Shown: one piece after another, positions 38,837-48,942 of the stretch
Numbering within the stretch: the stretch's first letter is position 1
Layout: each line of letters starts with the position of its first letter
IMG/VR virus record: IMGVR_UViG_3300027126_000006
Direction: 5' to 3' (one strand)
From: a virus
DNA: 64,000 bases
Notes under the pieces: model-generated
Database searches by the model: none
What the model was told of the DNA's origin: nothing
Seen by the model: only the letters and a program-made list of their open reading frames with translations
Translations under genes and position numbers: made by a program

Positions 38837-41623
38837 TCAAAACTCCACTTGCAATTTCTCAACATCAATCCGCTCAGCAAACACAGTATAGTAGCAATGG
38901 ATCAATGATGGCATAAGTTCTGTGTTAGCAAGAAACACCTTATTGTCTTCAACTGCCTTGACGTATATAGTTTGATGAGATCCAATTGACGTTATGTTTA
39001 CAGTGATTGAGGTAGGATCGACTAGCTTTGTCCAGTAGTCTGGTAGCTCAATAACATTTGTTCCTTTCAGCTTACCTCTAACATACACTCCATTTTCTGG
39101 ACCCTCAAGAGACCCATAACGAAGTTTCATTCCAGGATTAGATGGATGATCAATTACGAACGACTTAGTGGTTGCAGCAAATGATCCGTTAACTTCTAGT
39201 TTATATCCGGGAGTAGTTGTTCCAATACCAACATTGCCGTTTCCTCTAATCACCATTAAGGTATTAGAGTTGTATCCGCTGCTATACAGGCTTCCAAATA
39301 CCATACTAACCGTGCTACCGTCATATTCTGTGGCTATTCTACCCGTGATGTTAGTTGCATCGCTCCATCTAATTCCGCCGCGATCGCTTCTAGAGGTATC
39401 ATATGTTACGTGCAGTCTTAATAATTCTGTGCTACTGGAGCTGCTTCCTAGTTGTAACAATGCATTGGGTGACCCTGTACCAATTCCCAGTCTACCAGAC
39501 GAGTCAATGGCCATCTGAGTAGTACCATTCTTAACAAATAAAGTACCACCTGTATGATCAGCATCGATACTTCCAATATATAAAGTATTTACTGCGTTCA
39601 TACCGAATAATCTAGTTGTCGTCCCGGCAGCTAGTTTGCCTTTTAGATAGGTTGCATTGTCTTGTTGTATATCACCACTAACATGCAATTTACTTGCTGG
39701 TGAACTCGTCCCAATCCCGACGTTGCCGGAGGAGTCGAGGCGCATATACTCATTACCACCAATCGACCAAGTTTGAGCGTTCGTAGTCCCGGTGGAGTAG
39801 GTCATTTGGTAGTTAGTAATACCCGCCGTTTGAGTAATCCGCAGGCGGTTGTTGTTGCCTGTCGATGTCTCAAGCAGTTGAATGCCTACGCCGGATGCGC
39901 CGTGGATATCCAATTTATAAGCAGGCGAACTTATCCCAATGCCGAGATTTCCAGCAGAAGTGAGACGTATGCGCTCTGAGGCGTTACTGAACGTCAACGA
40001 ACCGTCAACACGGTTGTTATCGATCGTCCATACGCCCCCCTGAGAGTCCAGCTTTAACCGCGCAACTGCCGAGGAGTCGGTTGAAAAGTTAGTTATCTGC
40101 GCTGCTACTACCCCCGCAACCGTTCCAGACACATCCAACTTTGACGCCGGTGCCCCCGTCCCAATGCCTACATCACCAGTGGAATTAATACGCATGCGCT
40201 CGATACCGGCGGTGCCAAATATGAGGCCGTAGTATCCAAACATTCCGGTACCGGACCCGGCCATCCCAGTGTAGGTTCCCCACCCAATTCCATAACTAGG
40301 GACGGTTACGCCAGCAATCGTGCCCGTATCTGTCTGTGCCAAATATCCAATGCGCCCCGTTGATGGGACATTAATGTTTCCATTGACCTGTAGGACATTG
40401 GTGCTATTATCCCATGTGAGGTTTGCAGATCCTGCTGTAGTTCCACTATTGTTGTATAATACCTGTGTGTTGGACCCACCTATTGGGCCCGCAGATCCAG
40501 TGTAACCTTGGCTACCGGTATATCCTATAGCAGCAAATGCTCCAACTGATCCAGTGTATCCCTGCGATCCAGTATATCCTTGGCTACCTGTATAACCTTG
40601 TGATCCAGTATAGCCTTGGGACCCAGTGTACCCCTGTGAGCCGGTATATCCAATAGATCCGGTATACCCTTGGCTACCTGTATAACCTTGGGATCCAGTA
40701 TATCCAATAGGTCCTTGTACTGTCGATGCTGAACCAGTATATCCTTGACTGCCAGTATATCCTCGAGAACCAGTATAACCTTGGGATCCAGTATACCCTT
40801 GGCTACCAGTATAGCCTTGGGATCCAGTATATCCAATAGGTCCTTGTACTGTCGAGGCAGATCCAGTATAGCCCTGGCTACCTGTATATCCAATAGATCC
40901 AGTATACCCTATTGGACCTTGGATAGTCGATGCGGATCCTGTATACCCCTGGGACCCAGTATAACCTTGAGATCCCGTATACCCCCAGGACCCAGTATAT
41001 CCCTGGCTTCCAGTATACCCTTGGCTACCAGTATAGCCTTGGGATCCAGTATATCCAATAGGTCCTTGTACTGTCGAGGCAGATCCAGTATAGCCCTGGC
41101 TACCTGTATATCCAATAGATCCGGTATATCCTTGACTGCCAGTATATCCTCGAGAACCAGTATAACCTTGGGATCCAGTATATCCTTGGGAGCCAGTATA
41201 ACCTACTCCCGCGTACGCCCCACTAGATCCTGTATATCCAATCGATCCTGTATATCCAATTGACCCAGTATATCCTTGGCTACCTGTATATCCTTGACTA
41301 CCGGTGTATCCTCGGCTACCTGTATATCCATCAACACCAATGTACCCAGCAGACCCTGTATATCCAATAGCAGTGGAAGCGGATCCTGTATATCCCCGAG
41401 GTCCACCGGGCAAAATTGATTCCCATACGGTACCATTCCATATGTTGAGTAACGGTACAGTTGTATTATACCACAACGCTCCTAATTGAGGATCCTGTGG
41501 TGCTGTTGCAGATATTGTAACAGAACCACCATGCTCAGCTATCCATTGAAAGTTGATGTCTAGGTCGGATAGCTGAACTGTATCTTGCTTAGTAGCAAAG
41601 GTTACAGGAAGATTTATTGCCAT
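38837..41623 (-). CDS. GYTGSQ-repeat fibre with (GNVGIGT) repeats and C-terminal chaperone-like domain
   Basis: Gly-X-Y block; repeated 'ERMRI.S.G.VGIGT..P..KL.V'; C-terminal 'KSFVIDHP....KLRYGSLEGPENGVYVRG...IELPDYW'. Likely start 41623 (MAINLP). Confidence 0.85.
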   Translation of the reverse strand: MAINLPVTFATKQDTVQLSDLDINFQWIAEHGGSVTISATAPQDPQLGALWYNTTVPLLNIWNGTVWESILPGGPRGYTGSASTAIGYTGSAGYIGVDGYTGSRGYTGSQGYTGSQGYTGSIGYTGSIGYTGSSGAYAGVGYTGSQGYTGSQGYTGSRGYTGSQGYTGSIGYTGSQGYTGSASTVQGPIGYTGSQGYTGSQGYTGSQGYTGSWGYTGSQGYTGSQGYTGSASTIQGPIGYTGSIGYTGSQGYTGSASTVQGPIGYTGSQGYTGSQGYTGSQGYTGSRGYTGSQGYTGSASTVQGPIGYTGSQGYTGSQGYTGSIGYTGSQGYTGSQGYTGSQGYTGSQGYTGSQGYTGSVGAFAAIGYTGSQGYTGSAGPIGGSNTQVLYNNSGTTAGSANLTWDNSTNVLQVNGNINVPSTGRIGYLAQTDTGTIAGVTVPSYGIGWGTYTGMAGSGTGMFGYYGLIFGTAGIERMRINSTGDVGIGTGAPASKLDVSGTVAGVVAAQITNFSTDSSAVARLKLDSQGGVWTIDNNRVDGSLTFSNASERIRLTSAGNLGIGISSPAYKLDIHGASGVGIQLLETSTGNNNRLRITQTAGITNYQMTYSTGTTNAQTWSIGGNEYMRLDSSGNVGIGTSSPASKLHVSGDIQQDNATYLKGKLAAGTTTRLFGMNAVNTLYIGSIDADHTGGTLFVKNGTTQMAIDSSGRLGIGTGSPNALLQLGSSSSSTELLRLHVTYDTSRSDRGGIRWSDATNITGRIATEYDGSTVSMVFGSLYSSGYNSNTLMVIRGNGNVGIGTTTPGYKLEVNGSFAATTKSFVIDHPSNPGMKLRYGSLEGPENGVYVRGKLKGTNVIELPDYWTKLVDPTSITVNITSIGSHQTIYVKAVEDNKVFLANTELMPSLIHCYYTVFAERIDVEKLQVEF
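40490..41400. repeat. 18-bp-unit coding tandem repeat encoding (GYTGSQ)n
   Basis: Repeated ggatccagtatatcc / ccttggctacc units. Confidence 0.9.
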
Positions 41624-42141
41624 GGCCAAATATCCTCGTTCCAATCAGTGCGTTCGTTCCAACGATTGATCCACACGACAGAGTTGTTGTTATTATTCTT
41701 CCAAGTTGCTGTTATTTCTTTATATCCGCCAGTTTTCAAGAAGGACATTAGACGATTTCTATTAGATGATAAGTTATTGTTGACAATGATCTGATACAAT
41801 TTTGTTTCGTTATTAGCGCTGGCAGTGTAATGGAAGGTTATTGTTTCTGCTGGGTCTGCTGTAAAGCTGAAAATTGATTGTCTATCAATTTCAGGTACAC
41901 CTCGGAGAGTATCGGCTGATTGCACATCCAATCCAGATTTATATTGGACATCGTCATTGAAGGGATGCCTAAAGAACCCACTAATCTTATTGCCTAAGAT
42001 TGTTACATAAGGGTTTGTTACAGATGGTGTTATAGTAACAGGATGTTCTGTTACACCATCTGTATATTTAATAGTATACTCAAACTCCGTACCTTCATAC
42101 ACAGTAGCAAGAACAGTTTGATCTGGCGTAAACATTCCCAT
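41614..42141 (-). CDS. Hypothetical protein downstream of gp5
   Basis: 175 aa ORF starting 1 nt after the gp5 stop. Confidence 0.6.
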   Translation of the reverse strand: MGMFTPDQTVLATVYEGTEFEYTIKYTDGVTEHPVTITPSVTNPYVTILGNKISGFFRHPFNDDVQYKSGLDVQSADTLRGVPEIDRQSIFSFTADPAETITFHYTASANNETKLYQIIVNNNLSSNRNRLMSFLKTGGYKEITATWKNNNNNSVVWINRWNERTDWNEDIWPWQ

Positions 42142-42142
42142 A

Positions 42143-44863
42143 TTAGATTAATACAAATGATGTTTTGTTAGTGACCTTATCATCAACCATGGTGAAGCAC
42201 ATCTTACGATTTACGCCACCACCAGATGTGTCGCCGGCCTTCAATCCCCTATATCCAATGTGGATCCAGTTCCATCCCTTAGATGGAGCATATTCAAGAA
42301 TTAGCTGGTCATATGGGATGGTTCTTTCGATTTGTTGAATTAACTCATATGTGTGTGGGTGACGAGCTGATCCACCTGGCTTAAGAAGGCCAATATCAAC
42401 TGCACGTCCCATTCCATGATCGCTATTTCCACTACCCTGACGATATCCTGATGTGATTCTCCATAACTTACCATACCCAGCCATTCCTTCTGGAAGAACA
42501 CTCAGTAGTGGTTCCATACAATTAGCAGCAACTTGAGCAAGGTTACATACAATCTGCTGTTCTGTTAGCCCCATTTGGGCAACTAATCTATGCTGACGGT
42601 TGAATCCACCATCAAAGAACATACCTAAGGTAAAGTTGGGTGATAGTCTAAACGTCCCAGTAAATTCAGATACATTTTGAACAATCGCACATGGAACAAC
42701 AGTATTCGTATTTGCACCTCCGGATGGCTTAGCTTCTTCCTGTGGTGTAACGGTTTCTGTCTTACCGTGGTCAGCTTCTGTCTTTGTTTTAAACTCTTGT
42801 CCGTCTTTTGTAGCCCACTGATCTGGAGTTTCAAACTGATACGGCTTCTCTCCTTCTAGTGGAGGTGGTGAAAGGAAGTCCATTCTAACATTGAGAGCTT
42901 CTTTGGCACCAGGTGTAGTTAGAGAATACGATGTAGCATCAGACGCAACCCCACTATTCAACCACACATTGGATCCATCAACGCCAATATCACCACCGGC
43001 CTTAATACTTGCAGAGGCACCTGATGAGAGGTTAGCAGCTCCCCCTGATTTCATTTCAAGGTTACCGCCTGCTTGTAAACTAGACAGACCAGTCGAGTAC
43101 ATCTTGAAGTCACCGCCAACAGCAATAGACATATTGCCTGTGACGCCAATGTCATAGTCACCACCAACTTCCATCTTTGCTGAGCCAGCGACTTCAATAT
43201 TAGCATCTGATCTACAGTATATGTTAATGTTTCCGTTTACAGTAAGGTTAGCAGAACCTTGAATGTATATCACACCATTACGATCAACAATCTGGTAGTC
43301 ATCTCCAATTATTCTTGTAACACGAGTTCCATTTACGTCAATCTCTTCAAATGTACCAGCTCGATGGTACCGGTGGGTACGCTCATATCCAGGAGTGTCA
43401 TCAAACTCTTGAATGTGGCCTGATTCCGTCTCATAAGTGTGATTGAACGGATACTTAGCACCATATGGAATTGTTGGTTGATCAACTGTACCTTGACCAA
43501 GAGCTAAAGGAATACTTCGGACTCTCTTTGAATTCTTGAGAGGAACAATTGTCCCATCAAACATACCACGAGCTAGACGGTGCGTATCTGGCTCTTTTAG
43601 TAGCGCCTTGAGAGGATACTTTTTGTTTGGGTCCTTGAATCCCGACTCACCATCTGTTGGAGGACTTGGAACAAAGGTTTCGTTAGGCCCTAAAACAACT
43701 GTAGTGGGTGGTGGATCACCGGCCGTCTTCTCAACTGCTTCTATAGCTGTTGTCTCAGTCTTAGTTCCATAGAAGTACTCATAGTATTTTAATCGCTTTG
43801 CTAGTGCTGTATCATTTGCAGCAGCTCCAACAGCAGTCTTAGCAGCATAGAAGTACCCGGGATTAGCGTTGGCTGGAGTAGATGCAGGTGTTCTTCTTTT
43901 AATGTAGTGAGCAGCACATAGTGCGCTAACATCGACGTCAGTAATCAACAGATCTGGATTAGAAAGAATGTCTACACCCATGACTTGTGAATACACTTTG
44001 TAGTTGGATCTACCAGTAATCTGGAGCATTCCTCTACCATAATACTTACCACCATCACCTGCTTGGGTATTTCCTAACCCTCTTCCGTTATTTTCTGGAG
44101 CATATACAAAGTCAAAGAACGACTCTCGTGTACCTTTCCAGTAAGCATACTTCTCAGCAAGTTCTGGTTTTCCGTTAAACGTATAGCCAAAAGTTCGCAT
44201 TAGATTAGGAGCTGGATACACGTATCCTTCAGGAACAGCTTGCCATCCCGATTCTCCTCCACATAATGCAAGGAGAGTACACTTTTGCTCTCTAGTTGTT
44301 AACCCAACTTTATCAGCAGCAGCGATTAGAGCTTTAATTCCAGCGGCCGCTGCAATGCGATTTCCTTTGTACCAGGGAGGAGGTTCTGTTGGAATGTCAG
44401 TCGTTACTGTAGTTGTAGCTGGTTTTGTAGCAGCGTCAGCTTGGTCTTTAGCTTGAGGTTGTGATGCTGGTACTGGTGCTGTTTGAGCTGGAGCAGACTC
44501 AGTAGCCGGTTGTGTTACTACTTCCGGTGGATCGTCAAATAGCTTTCCAATCGTAACACTTTCTGCTTGAGGAATTCCACCAAGCGTACCCATCATAATT
44601 GGTTGCTGATTGTATGGAGGATCTCGGAAAATGATTAGGATTGATGTCCCTTCCACTGGACCTAGAGGTGAATGTCCAATACCATTCATTGATGCGGAAG
44701 TTAGTGGTCCTACTGGATAAGCCCAGGGTAGATCGTTGGTAGGAAGAATCGACTTATCATGGGTGTGAAGACCAACTATTCGAACTTGGCACCGACCAAG
44801 TTTCAAGGGGTCCATTCGGTTTTCTACAACCCCGATATAGAACATATTACTTTCGGTAGACAT
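42143..44863 (-). CDS. gp5: Baseplate hub/spike gp5: OB-fold + GH19-type lysozyme + beta-helix + C-terminal M15-like peptidase
   Basis: 'GVVENRMDPLKLGRCQVRIVGLHT...LPWA'; 'DGGKYYGRGMLQITGRSNY'; 'YPFNH..ETESGHIQEFDDTPG.ER...YHR.GTF.E'; 'ITSGYR...SDHGMGRAVD...DQLILEY...WIHIGY'. Confidence 0.92.
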   Translation of the reverse strand: MSTESNMFYIGVVENRMDPLKLGRCQVRIVGLHTHDKSILPTNDLPWAYPVGPLTSASMNGIGHSPLGPVEGTSILIIFRDPPYNQQPIMMGTLGGIPQAESVTIGKLFDDPPEVVTQPATESAPAQTAPVPASQPQAKDQADAATKPATTTVTTDIPTEPPPWYKGNRIAAAAGIKALIAAADKVGLTTREQKCTLLALCGGESGWQAVPEGYVYPAPNLMRTFGYTFNGKPELAEKYAYWKGTRESFFDFVYAPENNGRGLGNTQAGDGGKYYGRGMLQITGRSNYKVYSQVMGVDILSNPDLLITDVDVSALCAAHYIKRRTPASTPANANPGYFYAAKTAVGAAANDTALAKRLKYYEYFYGTKTETTAIEAVEKTAGDPPPTTVVLGPNETFVPSPPTDGESGFKDPNKKYPLKALLKEPDTHRLARGMFDGTIVPLKNSKRVRSIPLALGQGTVDQPTIPYGAKYPFNHTYETESGHIQEFDDTPGYERTHRYHRAGTFEEIDVNGTRVTRIIGDDYQIVDRNGVIYIQGSANLTVNGNINIYCRSDANIEVAGSAKMEVGGDYDIGVTGNMSIAVGGDFKMYSTGLSSLQAGGNLEMKSGGAANLSSGASASIKAGGDIGVDGSNVWLNSGVASDATSYSLTTPGAKEALNVRMDFLSPPPLEGEKPYQFETPDQWATKDGQEFKTKTEADHGKTETVTPQEEAKPSGGANTNTVVPCAIVQNVSEFTGTFRLSPNFTLGMFFDGGFNRQHRLVAQMGLTEQQIVCNLAQVAANCMEPLLSVLPEGMAGYGKLWRITSGYRQGSGNSDHGMGRAVDIGLLKPGGSARHPHTYELIQQIERTIPYDQLILEYAPSKGWNWIHIGYRGLKAGDTSGGGVNRKMCFTMVDDKVTNKTSFVLI

Positions 44864-46145
44864 TATCTAAATCCTGAATAAAGGAGTCTTTGATTAGTTG
44901 CATTGTGCACTCGTGCTTTTCTCTACTAATCTTGTGGCAAATCGTTGCAACTAAGTAGTTACCAGATAATAATTTATCCATTGAGTCTTCAGGTGAATCC
45001 TTGCCTGCGATTGATCCTCTGATAGGAATCTGAACTGTTACCTTTTGCCCAGCAGTATATTTACTTCTACCGGGTACCGTGATCTCTAATTTTGAAGCTT
45101 CTGCAGCGCTAATTAGATGATTACGTCGTTGCATGAATGATATATTGCTTACATCCTGATATCCTTCAAAGTTGTTGAAGTATCCGGGTTCGTTGAATAT
45201 ACGAGAGCTACCTTGAAAGACTAAGTTGTTAGAGTGTAAAGAAAATTTGTTGAGGTGCTTGTCTTTTTCGGTTGTAAACGTAGGCTTAAATCCTACATGA
45301 GAATATCTCTTCGTAGTGATATCGTATGATATCAGTTGCGACCCATACATCCCCAATTGAATTCGATCAACATAATTAAAGTTTTCGGGGATGTTATAGT
45401 TTAAAATCTTTGAGAAGTCTGCTTCTACATCATGTGTAGATGAGCCTCCATTGATGTTGCTCTTTGAAACTAAATCTGTGTAGTTGTCGGCAACAAACTT
45501 AGATTGGATTGGATTGTCATATAATGTCTCAAGCGACTGGAAGATAAATCCGCCTCTATTTTCAAAAAATACATAGTCGGGAGTTCCTGCCGAGCTTTGT
45601 GCTTGTGATGTCAAATACATTATATTCTGTACAGGTGACCAGAAGTTTGAAACATATTTCGTTGAGTTTGAAGTCTCCTCAATTGCGTAGTCTTTCACAC
45701 TCTCTAATGCAGTGCTATCCTTTAATATCTTTTCAACAAGCGTAGATACTTTACCGGAAAACGTCTTCGAGAGCTTCTTGTTAAGGTCAACAATTCCCTC
45801 GATTGACATCAAATGTAAAATATAAACCTGCTCTCGTTCAGCTGACTTCTCTGCGCCATCCATCTTATAGATATAAAAGATGTTGGTGAATACATCTTTA
45901 TCATTAGATCCTGGAGTTCTAAACTGAAGGTCTACGCGCTCTTCTCCAACTAAAGGAATCTTATTTGGCAGGTCAATTGGATCTTTCAGAACCATTCTAG
46001 CTGTAATGAATGGTGCAAATATGTCCTCAAACACTTCAACGTACGCTAGTTGATTGGTGATGTCGACAGAGGTGCCGTTTAGAGATACAATATTACATGC
46101 AAGTATCTCTACATCACCAGCAAATGTATTCTTGAAGTATGACAT
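44847..46145 (-). CDS. gp27: Baseplate hub protein gp27-like
   Basis: '.FEDIF.PFIT....L.D...L....P.VGEE', 'YVFFEN..GF.F.SL', 'LSGNYLV..I.H'; synteny gp48-gp53-gp27-gp5. Confidence 0.65.
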   Translation of the reverse strand: MSYFKNTFAGDVEILACNIVSLNGTSVDITNQLAYVEVFEDIFAPFITARMVLKDPIDLPNKIPLVGEERVDLQFRTPGSNDKDVFTNIFYIYKMDGAEKSAEREQVYILHLMSIEGIVDLNKKLSKTFSGKVSTLVEKILKDSTALESVKDYAIEETSNSTKYVSNFWSPVQNIMYLTSQAQSSAGTPDYVFFENRGGFIFQSLETLYDNPIQSKFVADNYTDLVSKSNINGGSSTHDVEADFSKILNYNIPENFNYVDRIQLGMYGSQLISYDITTKRYSHVGFKPTFTTEKDKHLNKFSLHSNNLVFQGSSRIFNEPGYFNNFEGYQDVSNISFMQRRNHLISAAEASKLEITVPGRSKYTAGQKVTVQIPIRGSIAGKDSPEDSMDKLLSGNYLVATICHKISREKHECTMQLIKDSFIQDLDNVYRK

Positions 46146-46639
46146 TACTTAATGAACTGTTCTAATTGATTTACTAACTGCGGAACTGCATCAGGGTGTA
46201 TGATCTTTATCCTACGCTTGGATTCATTGACACTTTGTTCATAATCCCAGTTTGTCACTGCCGTTGCACCAAATGTACCAGGCAAAACAATACTCCCATC
46301 AGCTAGCTGGTAATGTTTTATACTGTATAAATTTGCCCCGTATTTTTCTGTGGCATACTCAAGAAGGTCACGGTCACTGAGAGGAAAGTCGTTGATGTAA
46401 TCAAAAGTTTCGTTCGTTAACATTACCACCCAATGGTATAGAGGAGATCCGTATACCTTTGCTGCAATGATTTCTGGTGTATCTCCATCTTGTATATCGT
46501 ACGAATCATATAATGTGATGGAGCTAAGCACGTCTCTACGAATCCGTACGTTAAGGGTAACGTCCCTCACAGCACGAACAACAGTTTCCCCATTTATTAT
46601 GAATTCATAAGGGATAATAGGAAATTTTTTGAAATACAT
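46145..46639 (-). CDS. gp53: Baseplate wedge protein gp53
   Basis: 'MYFKKFP.I.Y', 'Y.IQDGDTPEIIA.KVYG....HWVV.LTN', 'NESKRRIKI'. Confidence 0.9.
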   Translation of the reverse strand: MYFKKFPIIPYEFIINGETVVRAVRDVTLNVRIRRDVLSSITLYDSYDIQDGDTPEIIAAKVYGSPLYHWVVMLTNETFDYINDFPLSDRDLLEYATEKYGANLYSIKHYQLADGSIVLPGTFGATAVTNWDYEQSVNESKRRIKIIHPDAVPQLVNQLEQFIK

Positions 46640-47811
46640 CAGTATCCGTCCTGAATATTTTCTTTTGTGAGGAGTGCCAACTCTTTGAATGTCAGGGTTA
46701 CATTAATTTGGGTCGGATGTCCATCCGGAAACATGGCTACTACCCCCTGTGGCATGTAGGAGATATTCATATCAGTCAATACACAAGAAGTGTGTCGGTG
46801 GAGGCTTTTATTTTCCTCACCGTTGTGGTAGTATGCAATATCAAACTCTGAAGGAACTAGATACAAAAACTCGGATTCACTTTTAAACTCCGGGTGCATG
46901 TGCAACTTGAACATCTTAATGATTGCCTGTACGTTCCGTGCCTCTGTGAAGCTCTTCGGGTGGAATTGATATGAAAATGTAAATGTCCTGAAATCTACAT
47001 TCTTAAACAGCTGTTCTGATTTGGGATTTGCAGCAACCCCTGCACCCTTTGCGAGGAATTTGCCGATCCCTGGTGTACTTAACGCTACAGATGCAGCATA
47101 GTCAGTCGCAGCACCACCTCTTCCTTCAGCAGATACTAATGCCTTAGCAATATCAGCAACAGATCCTCCTAGATTACCAGCTATTGAGTTTAGGACCTGT
47201 GAACCGGCCATTGTCTCTTCTTCGTAATTTACACCATACTTGATAGAAAGGTCTGTTGGAATGTGAAGAGCAATACACGTTTTTAATCGCTTAAACTTCT
47301 TCTGAGTAGCTAATCTTCCAATTGTATTTCCTATTACCGCTCCACCAGCAGTATCAGCTACCTTGGCCGCCACTGCACCTCTTCCTGTTAGTTCAATTCC
47401 TGCACTACCTAAAATCTTCTTGGTTAATCCACTTGAAGCTCCGGCTATTGCTCCTGCTGTTGTTGCAAGAGTTTTACTATTAACGTCGGTTCTACTGACG
47501 TTGCCACTAAACCTTTCTGGCTGCTCTGATGATACTATAGATGGGTCAGCTCGTATGATCTTAGAATCTTCATGTACATTTAGGTAAAATATTACGTAAT
47601 TGCCTCCATACTCTGACGTATTTAAGAGGTCTTCGGGATATGAGTGTTGATTCGCGGAATAGTTAGTCGGATTCCATTGTATGCTATTACCGCGTCTAAC
47701 AGAATCAGAAGCTTTTGGTTGTCCCGCTACAGAAGGCTGTGAGCTAGATGACCCCACCTGAGCCATCAATAAAGCATCATCGGTGCCAGTAGCCATTCCA
47801 TCGTTTGCCAT
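46639..47811 (-). CDS. gp48: Baseplate tail-tube cap gp48
   Basis: 'NP..EQLF..VDFRTFTF.Y.F.PKS..EA..V..II..FK.HM.P', 'PSEF.I', 'CVLT...ISY.P', 'TL.FKE'. Confidence 0.85.
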   Translation of the reverse strand: MANDGMATGTDDALLMAQVGSSSSQPSVAGQPKASDSVRRGNSIQWNPTNYSANQHSYPEDLLNTSEYGGNYVIFYLNVHEDSKIIRADPSIVSSEQPERFSGNVSRTDVNSKTLATTAGAIAGASSGLTKKILGSAGIELTGRGAVAAKVADTAGGAVIGNTIGRLATQKKFKRLKTCIALHIPTDLSIKYGVNYEEETMAGSQVLNSIAGNLGGSVADIAKALVSAEGRGGAATDYAASVALSTPGIGKFLAKGAGVAANPKSEQLFKNVDFRTFTFSYQFHPKSFTEARNVQAIIKMFKLHMHPEFKSESEFLYLVPSEFDIAYYHNGEENKSLHRHTSCVLTDMNISYMPQGVVAMFPDGHPTQINVTLTFKELALLTKENIQDGY

Positions 47812-47855
47812 ATCGTGTACCCTAAATAAAATGTAAGCGCTTAACCTATTTATTT

Positions 47856-48311
47856 ATGCCACACTATCATAAAAGAAAATACATTCCCATCCACCCAGAA
47901 AAGTATGAAGGGGATCCCACAGACATCATTATGAGGTCTTCATGGGAGACCAAGTTTGCCCTATGGTGTGATAATAATCCTAATGTACTAAAGTGGTCAT
48001 CGGAAACAACAGTGATCCCATATGTATGTCCTACCGATAATAGACCTCACCGCTACTTTGTAGACTTTAAGATTAGAGTGAAGACCAAGACAGGATCGTT
48101 AAAGACCTACCTTGTTGAAATCAAGCCAGAAAAGCAGACAAGACCACCAGATACACCCAAAAGGAAAACCAGGCAGTACATTGCAGAAGTAATGACGTGG
48201 GGAAAGAACGAAGCTAAGTGGAAGGCAGCAACAAATTACTGTAAGGATAGAGGATATGAATTCATCATCCTTACAGAACGGGATTTATTCAACACCTCAG
48301 GGCGGACATAG
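47856..48311 (+). CDS. gp4: Head completion nuclease gp4
   Basis: 'P.HPEKY.GDP..I..RSSWE..F..WCD.NP.VL.WSSE...IPY...D.R.HRYFVDF', 'NEAKW.AA'. Confidence 0.93.
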   Translation: MPHYHKRKYIPIHPEKYEGDPTDIIMRSSWETKFALWCDNNPNVLKWSSETTVIPYVCPTDNRPHRYFVDFKIRVKTKTGSLKTYLVEIKPEKQTRPPDTPKRKTRQYIAEVMTWGKNEAKWKAATNYCKDRGYEFIILTERDLFNTSGRT

Positions 48312-48313
48312 TG

Positions 48314-48342
48314 ATTATAGCGGCCGAAAAAAATAATGTCAA
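48314..48342 (-). promoter_or_regulatory. Perfect sigma70 consensus promoter (TTGACA-17-TATAAT) pointing antisense into gp4
   Basis: Minus strand reads TTGACA ttatttttttcggccgc TATAAT. Confidence 0.75.
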
Positions 48343-48350
48343 ATTTTTCT

Positions 48351-48358
48351 TATAAATA
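48351..48358 (+). promoter_or_regulatory. T4-type late promoter TATAAATA for gp2
   Basis: Exact motif 5 nt before the gp2 ATG; with no room for an RBS, the mRNA may be leaderless. Confidence 0.75.
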
Positions 48359-48363
48359 ACAGT

Positions 48364-48942
48364 ATGGGAATATACACCACAATCTTTCAGAAGAACCAAT
48401 ACGACTTGCAACAGATGGCAAAGAAGTCGCAGAGTTGGTTCCAGCAGCAGGCTCAAATGCTGGGCGGGCAGCGTATCGCTCCAATGACCTTGATTAGGTC
48501 CGACTCATCGAAGAATGTCACCAAGATCATTCCGGGTGAGATGTATTTGTTTGCTTATGATCCAAAATTAAAAGACACTTTACCATACTGGGATATGTAT
48601 CCTTTGGTCTTTCCATTCAGACGGCTTCCAGATGGATTTATTGGTCTAAACATGCACTATCTACCTTACATGCTTAGGGCTAGGATTCTAGATAGGTTGA
48701 TGAGTTACGCTACAAATAAGACGATGGATCAGACCACGAGATTGAAGTTCTCATGGGCCACAATCCAGAGTGCATCTAAGTTGCAGCTTGCAGAGTCTTG
48801 TGTTCATAGATATCTGCTCAGCAATGTTAAATCTCCCTTCAAACGAATTGAATCTGCTCACTGGGCAACAGCTCTCATGCTCCCAGTAGAGAAGTTCGTA
48901 GGGTCCTCAAAACAACGTGTATGGACTGAATCGCTAAGATGA
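48364..48942 (+). CDS. gp2: DNA end protector protein gp2
   Basis: 'PG.MYLF.YDPK.K.TLPYWD.YPLVF', 'GF.GLN.HYLP..LR', 'CVHRYL', 'W.TA.MLPVE.F'. Confidence 0.9.
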   Translation: MGIYTTIFQKNQYDLQQMAKKSQSWFQQQAQMLGGQRIAPMTLIRSDSSKNVTKIIPGEMYLFAYDPKLKDTLPYWDMYPLVFPFRRLPDGFIGLNMHYLPYMLRARILDRLMSYATNKTMDQTTRLKFSWATIQSASKLQLAESCVHRYLLSNVKSPFKRIESAHWATALMLPVEKFVGSSKQRVWTESLR

